From Methanobacteriota archaeon (lineage in GTDB: Archaea > Thermoplasmatota > E2 > DHVEG-1), in assembly GCA_963769885.1 (NCBI GenBank), contig CAVYNH010000007.1, forward strand, positions 384,001 through 448,000: a stretch of DNA of 64,000 nucleotides, in the 5' to 3' direction. Of this stretch, positions 10,417 through 22,400 are shown one piece after another. The notes under the pieces are model-generated. The model had not been told where the DNA came from, did not search any database, and worked only from the letters and a program-made list of their open reading frames with translations. The position numbers and the translations under genes were made by a program. How positions within the stretch are numbered: position 1 is the first letter of the stretch; the number at the start of each line of letters is the position of its first letter.

Positions 10417-11515
10417 ACCCACATGCCCCTTCCCCGAGAGCTTCAATACAATGAACCCAGCAAGCTCAATATCTTTTAAATAGGTCCAAAACGCGGTGTG
10501 CGCCCGGGGCTGCTCATGATACTCCTCGCACGTAATCGCATAGGTTTTCTCGACCTCACCGGTGACCGCGTAGGCGGTGCCGTCCTTTTGCAGCCGCTTG
10601 GCGACGGAGAGGAGAGCGAGGAGCTGGTGCTTATCGAGGTTCTTTAATTTCGTCTCCGTAACAACCGAGTAGGTCTCCGCCTTAGCAGACCGGACATGCT
10701 CGGGGACGACCTGCAGAGATCGGCGCTCATCCGCGGCGATGCCGGCTTTCCAGAGGATCTCGATGGCGAAGCGGGCGTCGCCCCATTCACTGGCGATGTC
10801 CGCGATCAAATCCAGGCTTTCCTCGAGGACGCAATGAGGATGGAAGGCGAGGTCGACACGCTGGCGGACGATATCATGGAGCTCGTCCCGCGTGTACTCT
10901 ATCACAGAGGAGGACGTTCCGTCGGAAGGTACTGAGCGTAGCCTCATCGAGCTTATCGAGGACATCATGCTGGGAGACGAGGATAAGGGAGACAGGGCTC
11001 GTAGGCTTCTGTGCTTCGTCGGAGAACCGGGTGAGGCTGTAGATGAGGTTGGGACCGCTTTTTTTCAGGAGGGCGTCAACCTCGTCGAGGATAAGGAGCA
11101 GCTGGGCGTCACGGCGCTGCAGGTTCGTCCGGAGGATTTGCAGCATCTCTTGGACGGAGAAGCCGCGGTCGGGGAACCGAGGATCGAAATGGGTCAGGAT
11201 CGCGATGAGGACGAGGGAATCAGTGGATCGCTGGCGGCAGTTGATGTGGACGTATTCGACGTGGCGGCCCTGCTGTCGGGCGACGCTGGAGAGAGAATGG
11301 GAAAAGAACTTGGCCATGGCAGTCTTCCCTGTGCCGACGGGGCCGCGGATGACCGCGTTCTGGGGGATGCCGCTAAGGAGGGGTTTGAAGAGCTGGGCGA
11401 GCCTGCGGAGCTGGTCCGTGCGGTGGGGGAGGTCTGCGGGGACGTAGTCGAAGTCCAGCGGTCGGTGGTCTTTGAAGACGGAGGTTGAGGAGAGTTCATC
11501 CTCGATGATACCCAT
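10333..11515 (-). CDS. cdc6: Orc1/Cdc6 replication initiator, split by a +1 frameshift near 10897-10900 (probable sequencing error)
   Basis: LDFDYVP..LPHR, Walker A GPVGTGKT, Walker B LILDEVD, then YTRDELHDIVRQR, GDARFAIEIL and a winged helix in the second frame. Confidence 0.88.
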
Positions 11516-11602
11516 GGTTTCCTGGTAAGTGGTCTGAGGATAATAACGTTATCTTCCCTGGGGGATAAAAGTTAAGAGTCGGGTTGTCATTGCGAAGTCG
11601 GT

Positions 11603-12805
11603 ATGACGGGGGGTGACGATTCGCCGCGGACAGTTGAGTTCGTCCGGGATGCGTTTGCGGAGTTCTATCGGGATCATCCGGTGGAACTGCCGGACCGGTT
11701 CACGCGCCGGGAGTTCGCGTTCCTCTTGTTTGGCGGTCATGGGATGCTGCGGCATCTGGCGTTTGACCGCCGGGAGCGGTTCCAGTCGTTTTTTGAGGAG
11801 CGGACGCCGCAGCATGCATATTATTCCTCGGCGTACTATCAAGTGCCTTCGGCGCCGAAGATGCAGGAGAAGAAGTGGATGGGGGCGGAGCTGATCTTCG
11901 ATTTGGACTCGGATCATCTCCCCGGCGCTGAGAAGATGTCGTTTGAGGAGTCGCTTGCGGTGGTGAAGACGGAGTTCGAGAAGCTGGTCGTGGAGTTCCT
12001 CTTGGGGGATTTTGGGTTCTCTGAGAAGTCGATCTCGTTGTATTTCTCGGGGGGGCGGGGGTATCATTGTCACGTGAAGGACACTTCGGTGTTGGATTTG
12101 GATAGCAGCGAGCGTCGGGAGCTGGTGGATTATATCACGGCGCGGGACCTGAAGGATTCTGTGATCTTCCATGAGCGAGCGACGGGGCGGCGTACGTATG
12201 GAGGGCAGGAGTATGCAAGCGGGACGAGCCTGTGGATGCCGTCGCCGGAGGAATCCGGGTGGAAGGGGCGGATCAGCCGGGGCATCATCGAGATCGTTGA
12301 TGAGATCACGGCAAGCGAGGATCCCGTTGAGCGGCTCAAGGCGTATGGGGTGAAAGAGAAGGATGCTTTGCGGTTGGTCCAGGACCTCTCTGAGGATCGG
12401 GTGCGTCGGATCCGTGGGGGGATGCTGGATCAGTCGAAGACCATCCGTCGGTTCTTCCTTAACAGTGCATTGCGGAAGACTGCGGTGTCGTTAAGTGCCG
12501 GGGAGACGGATGAGCCGGTGACGTGCGATGTGAAGCGGCTGATTCGCCTGCCGGGCTCCTTGCATGGGAAGACGGGGCTGCGGGTGGTGCCGATCACGGT
12601 CGACGGCCTGGAGCGGTTCGAACCGCTGCGTGATGCGGTGGCGCTGCCGGATACACCGGTCTCCATCGAGGTTGTTTCAGCAGCGTCCGTGACCATGAAG
12701 GGCGAGCAGTTCAGCCTGCTGCCGGGGGGGGTTGAGGTGCCGGAGTACCTGGCAGTGTTCTTGTGCGGTCGGCAGCTCGCGGTTCTCCCTGAGAAGGACC
12801 CATAG
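11603..12805 (+). CDS. priS: DNA primase catalytic small subunit
   Basis: REFAF, AYYSSAYY, ELIFDLDSDHL, FSGGRGYHCH, DEPVTCDVKRLIRLPGSLHGKTG. Confidence 0.96.
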   Translation: MTGGDDSPRTVEFVRDAFAEFYRDHPVELPDRFTRREFAFLLFGGHGMLRHLAFDRRERFQSFFEERTPQHAYYSSAYYQVPSAPKMQEKKWMGAELIFDLDSDHLPGAEKMSFEESLAVVKTEFEKLVVEFLLGDFGFSEKSISLYFSGGRGYHCHVKDTSVLDLDSSERRELVDYITARDLKDSVIFHERATGRRTYGGQEYASGTSLWMPSPEESGWKGRISRGIIEIVDEITASEDPVERLKAYGVKEKDALRLVQDLSEDRVRRIRGGMLDQSKTIRRFFLNSALRKTAVSLSAGETDEPVTCDVKRLIRLPGSLHGKTGLRVVPITVDGLERFEPLRDAVALPDTPVSIEVVSAASVTMKGEQFSLLPGGVEVPEYLAVFLCGRQLAVLPEKDP

Positions 12806-12836
12806 CTTTATATGGTTCCAGGGATAGTAGGTAGGC

Positions 12837-13982
12837 ATGGGGGAACCCCTGGTGAAACCGTTGTTTCGACTCCTTACCCTTTTATCCCTGGCTTTCCTGT
12901 TGCTGAGCCCGTTCGCGGTCGCCCAGAAGACCGTTTCATCGACGGTGTCCAATAGCCTGGCATCTTCCGGTGCAGCTAGCGTGTATCGCACGTATGAGAA
13001 CATGACGGCGCTGCTGCAGAATCTGAGTGCGAGCCACCCAGACATCATGCAGGTGTTCAGCATCGGGACAACCTATGAGGGCCGTATGATCTGGGCTGTG
13101 AAGATCTCCGATCATGTAGAGACTAGTGAAGGCGAAGCCCAGGTGTTGTTCATGGGTGCGCACCATGGCAACGAGAGGCCCAGCATGGAACTGTGCCTGC
13201 GGTTCGTGCAGTACGTCGTTGAGACGTACCATATGCCTGATACGGATAATGATCATGACGGGATGCTAAACGAGGACCCGATTGACGGGGTCGACAACGA
13301 CCATGATGGTCGCCTCGATGAGGATCCCTCGGAGTCATTCCTGAGCGGGTTGGTCAATGCGACGGAGATTTACGTAATCCCCCTGGTGAACCCGGATGGG
13401 TATGCCGCGGACCAGCGGAAGAACATGGAGCCGAACCATGGTCCCTTCGGCCTCGACCCTGATGTGACATCGGTCGGCGTAGACATCAACCGCAACTACG
13501 GCTACAAATGGTACCGGTATTTCTTCTTCCCCCGACTGTACTTCGGGGCCACCAAGTGGAAAGACTCTTCCTCGGAGTACCGAGGGCCCAAGCCCTTCAG
13601 CACTGCGGAGGCACAGGCCGTCAAGTCGTTCGTGGACAGCCATGAGATTAGCATCGCCATCAGCTATCATACCTATGGGGAGGATATCCTTTACCCCTGG
13701 GGGTACTCTCGGCTGCCGCCCCGAGGCATCCTAACATTCCTGTCGATTGGGGAGAACATCTCGCAGATCGACGGCTACTACCTCGAGCAGTCGATCCAGC
13801 TGTATCCGACGCTGGGGGACGCCTGTGACTGGATGTACGGCACGCATGGGATCTTGGCGTTCACCATCGAGCTAGGGACCAGCTATGCCCCTGAGAACCC
13901 GACGGTCCTGGATGCGATGTGCTGGCGGCATGTCGGCGTGAACCTCTACGCCTGCGCATGCGCCCGATCCATGGCTCAATAG
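12837..13982 (+). CDS. Secreted M14 zinc carboxypeptidase with Asp-rich Ca-binding insert
   Basis: Signal peptide, HxxE (GAHHGNE), PLVNPDG, RKN, GVDINRNY, ISYHTY, FTIEL. Confidence 0.92.
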   Translation: MGEPLVKPLFRLLTLLSLAFLLLSPFAVAQKTVSSTVSNSLASSGAASVYRTYENMTALLQNLSASHPDIMQVFSIGTTYEGRMIWAVKISDHVETSEGEAQVLFMGAHHGNERPSMELCLRFVQYVVETYHMPDTDNDHDGMLNEDPIDGVDNDHDGRLDEDPSESFLSGLVNATEIYVIPLVNPDGYAADQRKNMEPNHGPFGLDPDVTSVGVDINRNYGYKWYRYFFFPRLYFGATKWKDSSSEYRGPKPFSTAEAQAVKSFVDSHEISIAISYHTYGEDILYPWGYSRLPPRGILTFLSIGENISQIDGYYLEQSIQLYPTLGDACDWMYGTHGILAFTIELGTSYAPENPTVLDAMCWRHVGVNLYACACARSMAQ

Positions 13983-14017
13983 TGATAAAAAAAAGGAAAA
14001 AAGGAGCCGGTTCTTTT

Positions 14018-15929
14018 TTAGACGAACCGGATGCCTTCGAGGTTCATCGGCGCCGCGGTGTTCAGGTTCATCCGTTTGTGAATCGTGGAGGAGAGATCCA
14101 GGCATTTGGACTCCTCGCCATGCCCGAAGATGATGCGCTCGGGGCGGGGGGACATGTTGTTGATGAACCCGATGAGCTGGCGGCGGTCGCTGTGCCCGGA
14201 GAAGCCGTCGCAGGTCTCTACGGCCATGTCCACGGTGAGGGACACGATGCTGCCGCTGATGTTCATAGGGATTTCCTTGGCGCCGCGTTGGATGCGTCGG
14301 CCGATGGTGCCTTCCGCCTGGTAGCCGACGAAAACCAAGGTATTTTTGGCGTCGCCGGCCCAGTTCTTGAAGTACTCCATGACTGGGCCGCCGTTCATCA
14401 TCCCGCTGGTGGCAAGGACGACGCATGGATCCTTGTCCGAGAGAATCTCCTCGCGCATGTCGACGCTGTCGACCCGCTTGAAGATGTCAGAGAGCAACGG
14501 GTTGTCGCCTTGCTGGAAGATTTGGCTGCGGAGCTTGTTGTTGAGGGTACTCGGGGTATGCGGTGTGGATCGCGGTCGCCTCCCAGATCATTCCGTCGAG
14601 GTAGACGGGGATGGCGGGAATCTCCTGGGACTTAACGAGGTTCTCTAGGACGATCATGACTTCTTGACTACGTCCGACCGCGAAGACGGGGATGAGGACT
14701 TTGCCTTTCTTTTTCAGCGAGGTCCGGATGATGTCCTTGAGTCGGTCGGTGGCTTCTTTCCGGGAGGGTTGGAAGTCGTCCCGGCCGCCGTAGGTGGACT
14801 CGATGATGAGCGCCTCAGCGCGGGGGAAGTGGTTCACGGCTGGGTTGAACAGCCAGGTCCGCTCGTACTTGATGTCACCAGTAAACGCGAGGTTGTAGAG
14901 CCCTTCGCCGATGTGAAAGTGGCAGACAGAGGAGCCCAGGATATGTCCGGCATTGTGGAACGTGAGGCGCATGTCCGGGGTGATGTCGGTGGTGTCGCCG
15001 TAGCCGAGCGGGATGCAGTGCTTGATGACGCTGCGGATGTCCTCGGAGGAGTAGGGGATCTTCTTGGCGTCTGCGGCCGCGACCTTGATGTAGTCCATTT
15101 GCAGGAGCGTCATGAGGTCCCGGGTGGGTGGCGTGCAGTAGGTGGGGCCGTCGTAGCCGTATTTGTAGACGAGGGGGAGCAGGCCGCTGTGATCGAGATG
15201 CGCGTGGGTGATGACGATGGCGTCGAGCTTCTCCAGGGGGAGGACCTCGGGGAGGTGGATATAGGGTGACCCGTTGGTCTCGGAGGAGACGTCGATGCCG
15301 CAGTCGATGAGGACTTTGCTGTCCTGGGTGTGGAGCATGGAGCAGGAGCGGCCGACTTCTCGGAAGCCGCCGAGGGCGATGATTCGGACGAATTTTTCTC
15401 CGGTCGAGGCGCCGCGGTGGATCTTGCGGCCGATCTTTCGCAGGATGTCCTTGCGTTCGTCGCTCATGGAGCGGAGGTAGCCGCGGACTTCCTGGACGAT
15501 CTTGGATTGGATGGGGGGTGCGCGGACGATGCTGGGGGCCCAGTTGATTTTTCGGCGGACTTCGTTGAGCAGCTGGCCTTCTTTGCCGATGGCTGCGCCG
15601 GGTTTGAGGGCCTCGATGGTGACTTCGCCGACGTCGGGCTGGAAGTAGATGTTGGTGATCTCCGCGTCTTTGGGGATGATCTGGCGGATCTTCTTCTCTG
15701 CGACGTCAATGTCCGTGAGCACTGAGGGATCAGGGCGGACCACGATGCGTTTCTGCAGGGTCTTTGCGAGGTTCTTGATGAGGTCTTTGTTGTGGGCGAA
15801 CTTATCCGGGGTCTTGGTGTAGATAACTAAGAGAGCTCCCTCGAATTCGATGGCTGAGACATCGATGCTAGGGGGTACGCTTCCTCGGATTTTGCCGCGT
15901 ATGTCGCTGAGTACGTCGTCGACTGTCAT
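14018..15929 (-). CDS. fttA: aCPSF1/FttA KH-domain beta-CASP ribonuclease (transcription termination factor), +1 frameshift at 14545-14547
   Basis: KH N-terminus, LGGFREVGRSC, THAHLDH, NAGHILGS, ESTYG, TSGMMNGG, GFSGHSD; removing one G restores YPEYLNNKLR. Confidence 0.93.
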
Positions 15930-16023
15930 GGTTCTAACCTTTTTTTGTCTTCTTGTGAAAAGTAACTCTGAATAATGGTTTCATTGCTGTTGTATGGTGT
16001 GGTGTCCCCGAGGGATGGCTGGT

Positions 16024-16653
16024 TTATTTGCCGAGTTTCTGGAGTCGTTTCTTGACTTCGTCGTCGGGGAGGGTCTTGAATTCTTTTTCGTTGATGATTG
16101 CCACGTCGATGCCGTTGCCGGAGGCGGAGTCTCGGCCCATGGCCGCGTTGACGGCCCGGATGGCGAGGTCGACGCCTTCGTTGGCGGTCATGTCGTCGCG
16201 GAAGGAATCCTCAAGGACTCCGAACACGTACGGGGACCCGGAGCCCCCGGAGGTGTACTTATCGGGGATCGCGCCACCCGCCGCATCTAACGAGAAGACG
16301 TGTCCTCCCTGGGAATCCCAGCCGGCTATGATGAGCTGGACGTAGTAAGGGTAGAATTTGCGTTGGTTAAGGATGTTTGACATCAGGGTGGCTGCGCTCT
16401 GAACTGGGATGTTGGTGTCGCGTTTCAGGCGGTAGAGGTTGGCCTCGGCGCTGAGGTACCGGGCGAGGATTTGCAGGTCGCCGACCAGCCCGGCGGTGGC
16501 CATGGCGAGGTGATCATCGATTTTGTAGAGTTTTTTAGTGGATTTATGCGCGATGAGGGTCCCCATGGTTGCTCTGCGCTCGGTTGCGATGACGACTCCG
16601 TCCTTGCACACGAGCCCAAGTATCGTTGTCCCTGTTTTGACATCTTCTGCCAT
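16024..16653 (-). CDS. psmB: Proteasome beta subunit
   Basis: Propeptide KTG/TTILG with catalytic Thr, GSGSPY, RDSASG; conserved psmB-fttA synteny. Confidence 0.96.
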   Translation of the reverse strand: MAEDVKTGTTILGLVCKDGVVIATERRATMGTLIAHKSTKKLYKIDDHLAMATAGLVGDLQILARYLSAEANLYRLKRDTNIPVQSAATLMSNILNQRKFYPYYVQLIIAGWDSQGGHVFSLDAAGGAIPDKYTSGGSGSPYVFGVLEDSFRDDMTANEGVDLAIRAVNAAMGRDSASGNGIDVAIINEKEFKTLPDDEVKKRLQKLGK

Positions 16654-16767
16654 AAGTCAATGCTCCAATAATCCTTGGAAAAACACCGAGGGTATGAATC
16701 ATACAGCTTTTATTTATAGTTTGTGTCACACCCTCGTTTCTTTCCTGGTTTCTCAGAGATTTGTGGT

Positions 16768-17967
16768 TTAGATGATGGCGAGCTTCTTGCCGAGTGTCTC
16801 GAATTTGCCTAAGGCGAAGTCCAGGTCTTTTCTGGTCAGTCCGGCGTTCATCATGATGCGGATGCGGGCTCTGTCGCGGGCGACCATCGGGAAGACGATG
16901 GGTAGGGCGAAGATGCCTTCGTCGAAGAGGCCGTTGCTGAAGTCTTTCGCCTTCGCGGAGTCCCCGATCATGACCGGGATGATAGGCGTCTCGCTGTTGC
17001 CGGTGTTGAAGCCGAGGCTTGAGATTTCTTTCTTGAAGTAGCGGGTGTTCTCCCAGAGGTTGCGGACGTGCTGAGGTTCAGTCTCCAGGACTTGGATGGC
17101 GGCGAGCTGAGCGCCGGCGACGGCGGGTGGGTGAGAGCCGGAGAGCAGCCAGGTGCGGGATTTGTTATAGGCGAAGTTGACGAGGTCGCGGCTGCCGGCG
17201 ATGAGGCCGCCGACGACGCCGTACGCCTTGCTGAACGTGCCCATCTCGACATCAATCTTACCTTCAATGCCGTAATGGGCGCCGATGCCGCGGCCATCCG
17301 GTCCGATGACGCCTTCTCCATGCGCGTCATCAACGTACGTCATGGCGCCGTATTCGTTGGCGAGCTTGACGATCTTGTCCATGGGGGCGATGTCGCCGTC
17401 CATGCTGAAGACACCATCGGAGATGATGAGGATGCGGCGGTATTTTTTGTCGGCTTCCTTGAGGACTTTTTCCAGGTCGCTCATGTCCCGGTGTTTGAAG
17501 ATGGCACGGTCAGCCTTGGTAAGCCGTACGCCGTCGATGATGCTGCCGTGGTTGAGCTCGTCGCTGATCGCGACGTCGTCTTCGCCGACGAGCTGCGGGA
17601 TGAGGCCAGCGTTCGCGGCGAACCCGGTCTGGTAGATGAGGGCGGCCTCGGTGTGCTTGAAGCGGGCGACGGCCTCCTCGACGTCGAAGTGGAGCTTCAT
17701 GGTGCCCGCGATGGGGCGGACAGATCCGGAGCCGGCGCCGTATTGCTTGGCTGCCTGCATGGCTGCTTTGATGATTTTCGGATGGTTGCTGAGGTTGAGG
17801 TAGTTGTTGGAGCATAGCATGATGACTTTCTTGCCGTCGACGATTGAATGGGGTAGGGACCCGGAGTCGAGTCGGTGCAGGTTCCAGTTAATACTTTTTG
17901 AGACAAGGTCTTGATACTCTTCCCTGAGGAATGCATTGGGGTTTCGTTTGGTGGTAACTTGTGCCAT
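16768..17967 (-). CDS. kbl: Glycine C-acetyltransferase (2-amino-3-ketobutyrate CoA ligase) / AONS-family PLP enzyme
   Basis: CSNNYL, DELNHGSIIDG, DGVFSMDGD, VDDAHGEG, GTFSKA. Confidence 0.85.
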   Translation of the reverse strand: MAQVTTKRNPNAFLREEYQDLVSKSINWNLHRLDSGSLPHSIVDGKKVIMLCSNNYLNLSNHPKIIKAAMQAAKQYGAGSGSVRPIAGTMKLHFDVEEAVARFKHTEAALIYQTGFAANAGLIPQLVGEDDVAISDELNHGSIIDGVRLTKADRAIFKHRDMSDLEKVLKEADKKYRRILIISDGVFSMDGDIAPMDKIVKLANEYGAMTYVDDAHGEGVIGPDGRGIGAHYGIEGKIDVEMGTFSKAYGVVGGLIAGSRDLVNFAYNKSRTWLLSGSHPPAVAGAQLAAIQVLETEPQHVRNLWENTRYFKKEISSLGFNTGNSETPIIPVMIGDSAKAKDFSNGLFDEGIFALPIVFPMVARDRARIRIMMNAGLTRKDLDFALGKFETLGKKLAII

Positions 17968-18084
17968 AAGTGGTACCCTCCCGTGGGTTCCGTTTGGGCA
18001 TGAATCAAATTCGATTATTAAAAGGTTTAGTTAAAGGAGAAGGTGAAGAATCCTCTTATTTTTATTTATTAATAGTCTCCGCCG

Positions 18085-19245
18085 TTAAGACGTGGTCGTC
18101 TGGAGCTTCACGACCCGGCTCAGGCGATAGCCGATGACGACCAGGAAATATTCCTTCTTGACGAACAGGGCGTCGAGCATTGGGTCGCCGGTGTCGACCC
18201 GCAAGAGCGGGGTCTCCGCCAGCTTGGCGGGGGTCGAGACGATGACTATGTTCTCGATGCCGATCTTTCGAATGACTTCGGGACTGAGCTGCAGGTTGCC
18301 TCGGCCAAGGATGAACCCTTGGGCGCCGATCGGGCTGAGGACGAGTTTCACCGAAGGATACTGTTGAAGAAGGGAGAGGAGGCCAGCCTCGTTCAGGTCC
18401 GAGGCGACCACGTTCCCGTGGTACACCGCGTCGATGCCGAGCAGGGTATGTCTGAGGCCGAGCCGTGTGGCGATATAGTCAATCGTGCCGCCCGGTCCGA
18501 GAAGGAACAGCGACCGGGGATTCTTCGTCATCTCATCCTTGATATGGTCAGCCAACTCATCTTTTACGGCGTCATCGGAGACGGACTCATAGGTGGCCTT
18601 ACCCACCTGGACAAAGGTCGGTTCGACTACGCCTTTGGCGACGCCGTAGAGACGGACCCGCCATTCCCCATGCCGATAGGCCGCCTCGTCCACATCGAGG
18701 ATATCCGCGTCGCCGATGGTGAGGCTCCCTTGAAGATAGGCCGCCAGGCATTTCGCGGTCGCCTCGACGGAGACCCCGAACAGGCCTGAGTGCATCTTGA
18801 CGCCGGACGGGATGCCCAGGATTGGAATCGTGGTTCCAAGAACGTTGAAAACATCGCGCGCCGTCCCATCCCCACCACAGAAGAGAACAAGATCCAGCTT
18901 TTCTGCGAGGAATTGATTACAGGCGCGAGTCGTATCCTCAGCTGTTGTTTCCTTCCTCGGGGTGTACACGACGGTGACAGCCGATTCGTGAAGCCCGATG
19001 AGGGTCGCCTCACCCATGGGTCCGGCACAGGTGTACCAATGAATCCTGACATCGGGGATGAGCACGCGGAGATGACGGATGGCGTCAACTGCCTTGTGTT
19101 CGGCAATCGGCGTGGCCCCGCGGGCCTTCGCCTCGGTGATCACATGGTCCGTCCCCTTCAACCCGACGCGACCCCCCATGCCCGCGATAGGATTGACGAG
19201 GAAACCGATACGACACGTCTTCGCAGCAGACTGAGTCTTCTTCAT
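18085..19245 (-). CDS. ATP-NAD kinase family protein (COG3199-like)
   Basis: GFLVNPIAGMGGRVGLKGTD, GGDGTARD, GIPSGVKMHSG, GFILGRGNLQLS. Confidence 0.88.
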   Translation of the reverse strand: MKKTQSAAKTCRIGFLVNPIAGMGGRVGLKGTDHVITEAKARGATPIAEHKAVDAIRHLRVLIPDVRIHWYTCAGPMGEATLIGLHESAVTVVYTPRKETTAEDTTRACNQFLAEKLDLVLFCGGDGTARDVFNVLGTTIPILGIPSGVKMHSGLFGVSVEATAKCLAAYLQGSLTIGDADILDVDEAAYRHGEWRVRLYGVAKGVVEPTFVQVGKATYESVSDDAVKDELADHIKDEMTKNPRSLFLLGPGGTIDYIATRLGLRHTLLGIDAVYHGNVVASDLNEAGLLSLLQQYPSVKLVLSPIGAQGFILGRGNLQLSPEVIRKIGIENIVIVSTPAKLAETPLLRVDTGDPMLDALFVKKEYFLVVIGYRLSRVVKLQTTTS

Positions 19246-19465
19246 AGCCCTGATTTTCCTAGGCATCACCCAACAAGGTTTAAAGGTAATCCCAAGAGAA
19301 ATGCAGATGACCCCCTGGCTCCCATCCTCTAGAGACAGTTGGCCCCCAAGAAAACACCTATCAGGCATTACAATATTACCTTCGTGGACCACCAGAGGGA
19401 GATAAATCTATTTTTGCGAATAAGATTAAATAATACTTCCCTGATAGTACATGGAGGGAGGTTAT

Positions 19466-22400
19466 ATGAAGAAAACAGACCCGATTCAAAGATGCGTAGT
19501 GGCAGCTACGTTTATATTCCTCATTTTCGCCAGCACTACCCAGGCCCTCATCCAACCAATCGCCTGGACCACACCCCAACAACCCATGCCCCTGAACCGC
19601 GGAAACCCGACCGGGCTTTGGGAAGACTTGTTCGACAACGCCTCCAAAATCGACCCCACGCCACCCGGCGCCGGCGCCAGCGACAACTACCTCGTCAGCG
19701 GCGGACACGCCAGCATGACCGGCACCTATACCATCTGGACCGACCCCTCCTTCACCCGCATGAAACCCATCACTCTCACCAACGCCGGCTCCGCTAAAAC
19801 CAACTACGTCCTCAAGCTCACCATCGCCTATGACTCCGACATGGCCAGCGACTACCACAACCTCCGATTCAAACACGAAAGCACCCCTGGCGCCTGGCTC
19901 CCCTACTGGATTGAATTCTACAACACCACCCAAGCCGTCGTCTGGGTCAAACTCACCAGCATCCCCGCCAGCGTCAGCATGCTGTACCTCTTCTACGGCA
20001 ACCCCTTAGCCCCTGCCGCCTCCAACTTCGTCAACACCTTTGGCACCGCATGGACAAAAACATGGGCATCGGACACCCAAATCTCCAGCCAGCCCTCCCT
20101 TCAAAACGCCGTCGACCCCGACTTCGCCTTCGGCAACAACAAATTCCTCGCCACCTGGGAGGAAGGCACCCTCGGCCCCCTTCTCTACTACCGAGGCATC
20201 GAAGGCAAGATTTACGATAGCTCGGGCACCATCATCGTCCCAACTTTTGTCATCCAAGAGAACCCTCCATCCACTTATCGTTATGAGAACCCCTCCGCCG
20301 CCTACGGCGGCAGCAACTTCTTCGTCGCCTACAATTACTACGATACGCCTACTCAGGCTGCCACTGAAGACGTCCACGCTAAAATCGTTCACCAGGACGG
20401 CACCCTCGGCAGCGAGATCATCGTCTGCAACGCTCTCGACACCACAAACGAGCCAGTCGTCGTCTTCGACCCCGTCCACAGCCGGTTCACCGTCGTCTGG
20501 CAGGATGCCAGGTCCGGCGAGACCAACTTCAACATCTACGCCCGACAATACGACACCTCCGGCGGCCCCTTCACAGAACACGCAATCTGCACCGCCTCCA
20601 ACAGCCAGCTCGACCCCTGGATCGCCTACGACAAACTCCACGGCCGCTACCTCGTCGCCTGGGAAGACTGCACCGACACCAGTGATGGACCCTTCAGCCT
20701 GTACGCCCAACTCCTCGACTACAACCTCAACGCCATCGGCAGCTCCTGGCTCGTCGCCAGCGGCTCCGACAGCCTCGACTGCGTCTGGCCCTGCGTGATG
20801 TTCTCCGAACTCTCCCAACGGTTCCTCATCACCTGGAACAACGGCGACTTCAGCGCCGGCGACAACTACGGCAACATTAACGGCCGACTCTATTCCTGGG
20901 ACGGAACCGCCTACCTCAGCACCTTCACCATCGACACCGGAGACTTCCACGTCACCCAAATCAAACCCTACCTCGCCGGCTCCTACCTCGTCACCTACAA
21001 CAGCGTCTTCGGCGTCTACTGCAAGCTCGTCGGACCCGACGGCACCATCCTTGACGGGCAAGTCCAACTCTCCTCCAACAGCGCCTTAACCCCCAATACG
21101 GCCGCCGCCGCGGTCGGCGCCAACAAGCTCTTCGTCGGCTGGGAAGACAAACGAATCAGCACCACCTACGCTTACGTCTTCGGCAACCTCGAAGTCCTCA
21201 GCCTCCTCCCCCTCGACACCGACGTCACCGGCTCCATCGGAGCAGAACAAGCCATCATCCTCACCGCCCACATCACCTCCATCGCCATCACTCCGACCAT
21301 CCTCACCTCATGGCTACTCTTCCGCGCCCTCTACTCTGGCACCGTCACCTTCGACATCCTCGACGGCACCACCGGCGCCCTCCTCATCCCCAACATCCCC
21401 ACCGGCGGCTCCCTCGCAGCCCTGAGCACCACCAGCATCAGACTCAAAGCCACGCTCACCAGAACCACCCCCGCGACGTCCCCATACCTCGACAGCTGGA
21501 ACGTCACCTGGAACCAAAACCAACCACCAGCCGCACCCAGCAACCCCTCCCCAGCCAACAACACCAACGGAACAAACCCCAACTGCCTCCTCTCCTGGAC
21601 CGACTCAGACCCCGACGGTGACAGCCTCACCTACGACGTCTACCTCGAGAACACCAGCACCCCAGGAAAGGTCGCTGCGAACATCACCACCACCAACTAC
21701 ACCCACTCAACCCTGCCGTTCCAACAAACCTACTACTGGCGCATCGTCGCCTGGGACGAGCACGGCAGCCGAACCCAAGGCCCCCTCTGGCGGTTCAAAA
21801 CCGACGCCTACCCCAACGTCCCCTCAAGCCCAATACCAGCGAACCACGCCACCTGGGTCGAGATCAACCAAACCCTCTCGTGGACCGGCGGCGATCCTGA
21901 CGCAGCCGACATCGTCGTCTACGATGTCTACTTCGGGACAAATACATCCCCACCGCTCTTTAGCGTCCACCAATACGCCACCATCTTAAACCCCGGACTT
22001 ATGAACTACCTCACGACCTACTACTGGAAGATTGTTGCCATTGACCGATACAACGCATCAACTACAGGGCCTATCTGGAACTTCACAACAGTCTACGCCC
22101 CCAACAACCCCCCCTACGTCCCCAGCTCCCCCTCACCCACGAACGGATCGACCAACATCTCCGTGAACACCAACCTCACCTGGGTCGGCGGCGACCCCAA
22201 CCCCATGGACACAGTGACGTACGACATTTACTTCGGGACCACGAACCCGCCACCGCTCTGCGTTACCGCCTATCCGACCACAAACTACCACCCCACGAAC
22301 GTCACCTACCTAACGCACTACTACTGGCGCATCATCGCCTGGGACAACCGAGGAGCCTCTACTACAGGCCCCCTCTGGCATTTCTGGACCGCGGCAGAGG

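Noticed and set aside
11516-11602. Replication origin next to cdc6
   Set aside because: The spacer is only 87 bp, with no convincing repeated ORB (TTCCAGTGGAAA-like) or AT-rich unwinding element; only a short ATAACGTTAT palindrome
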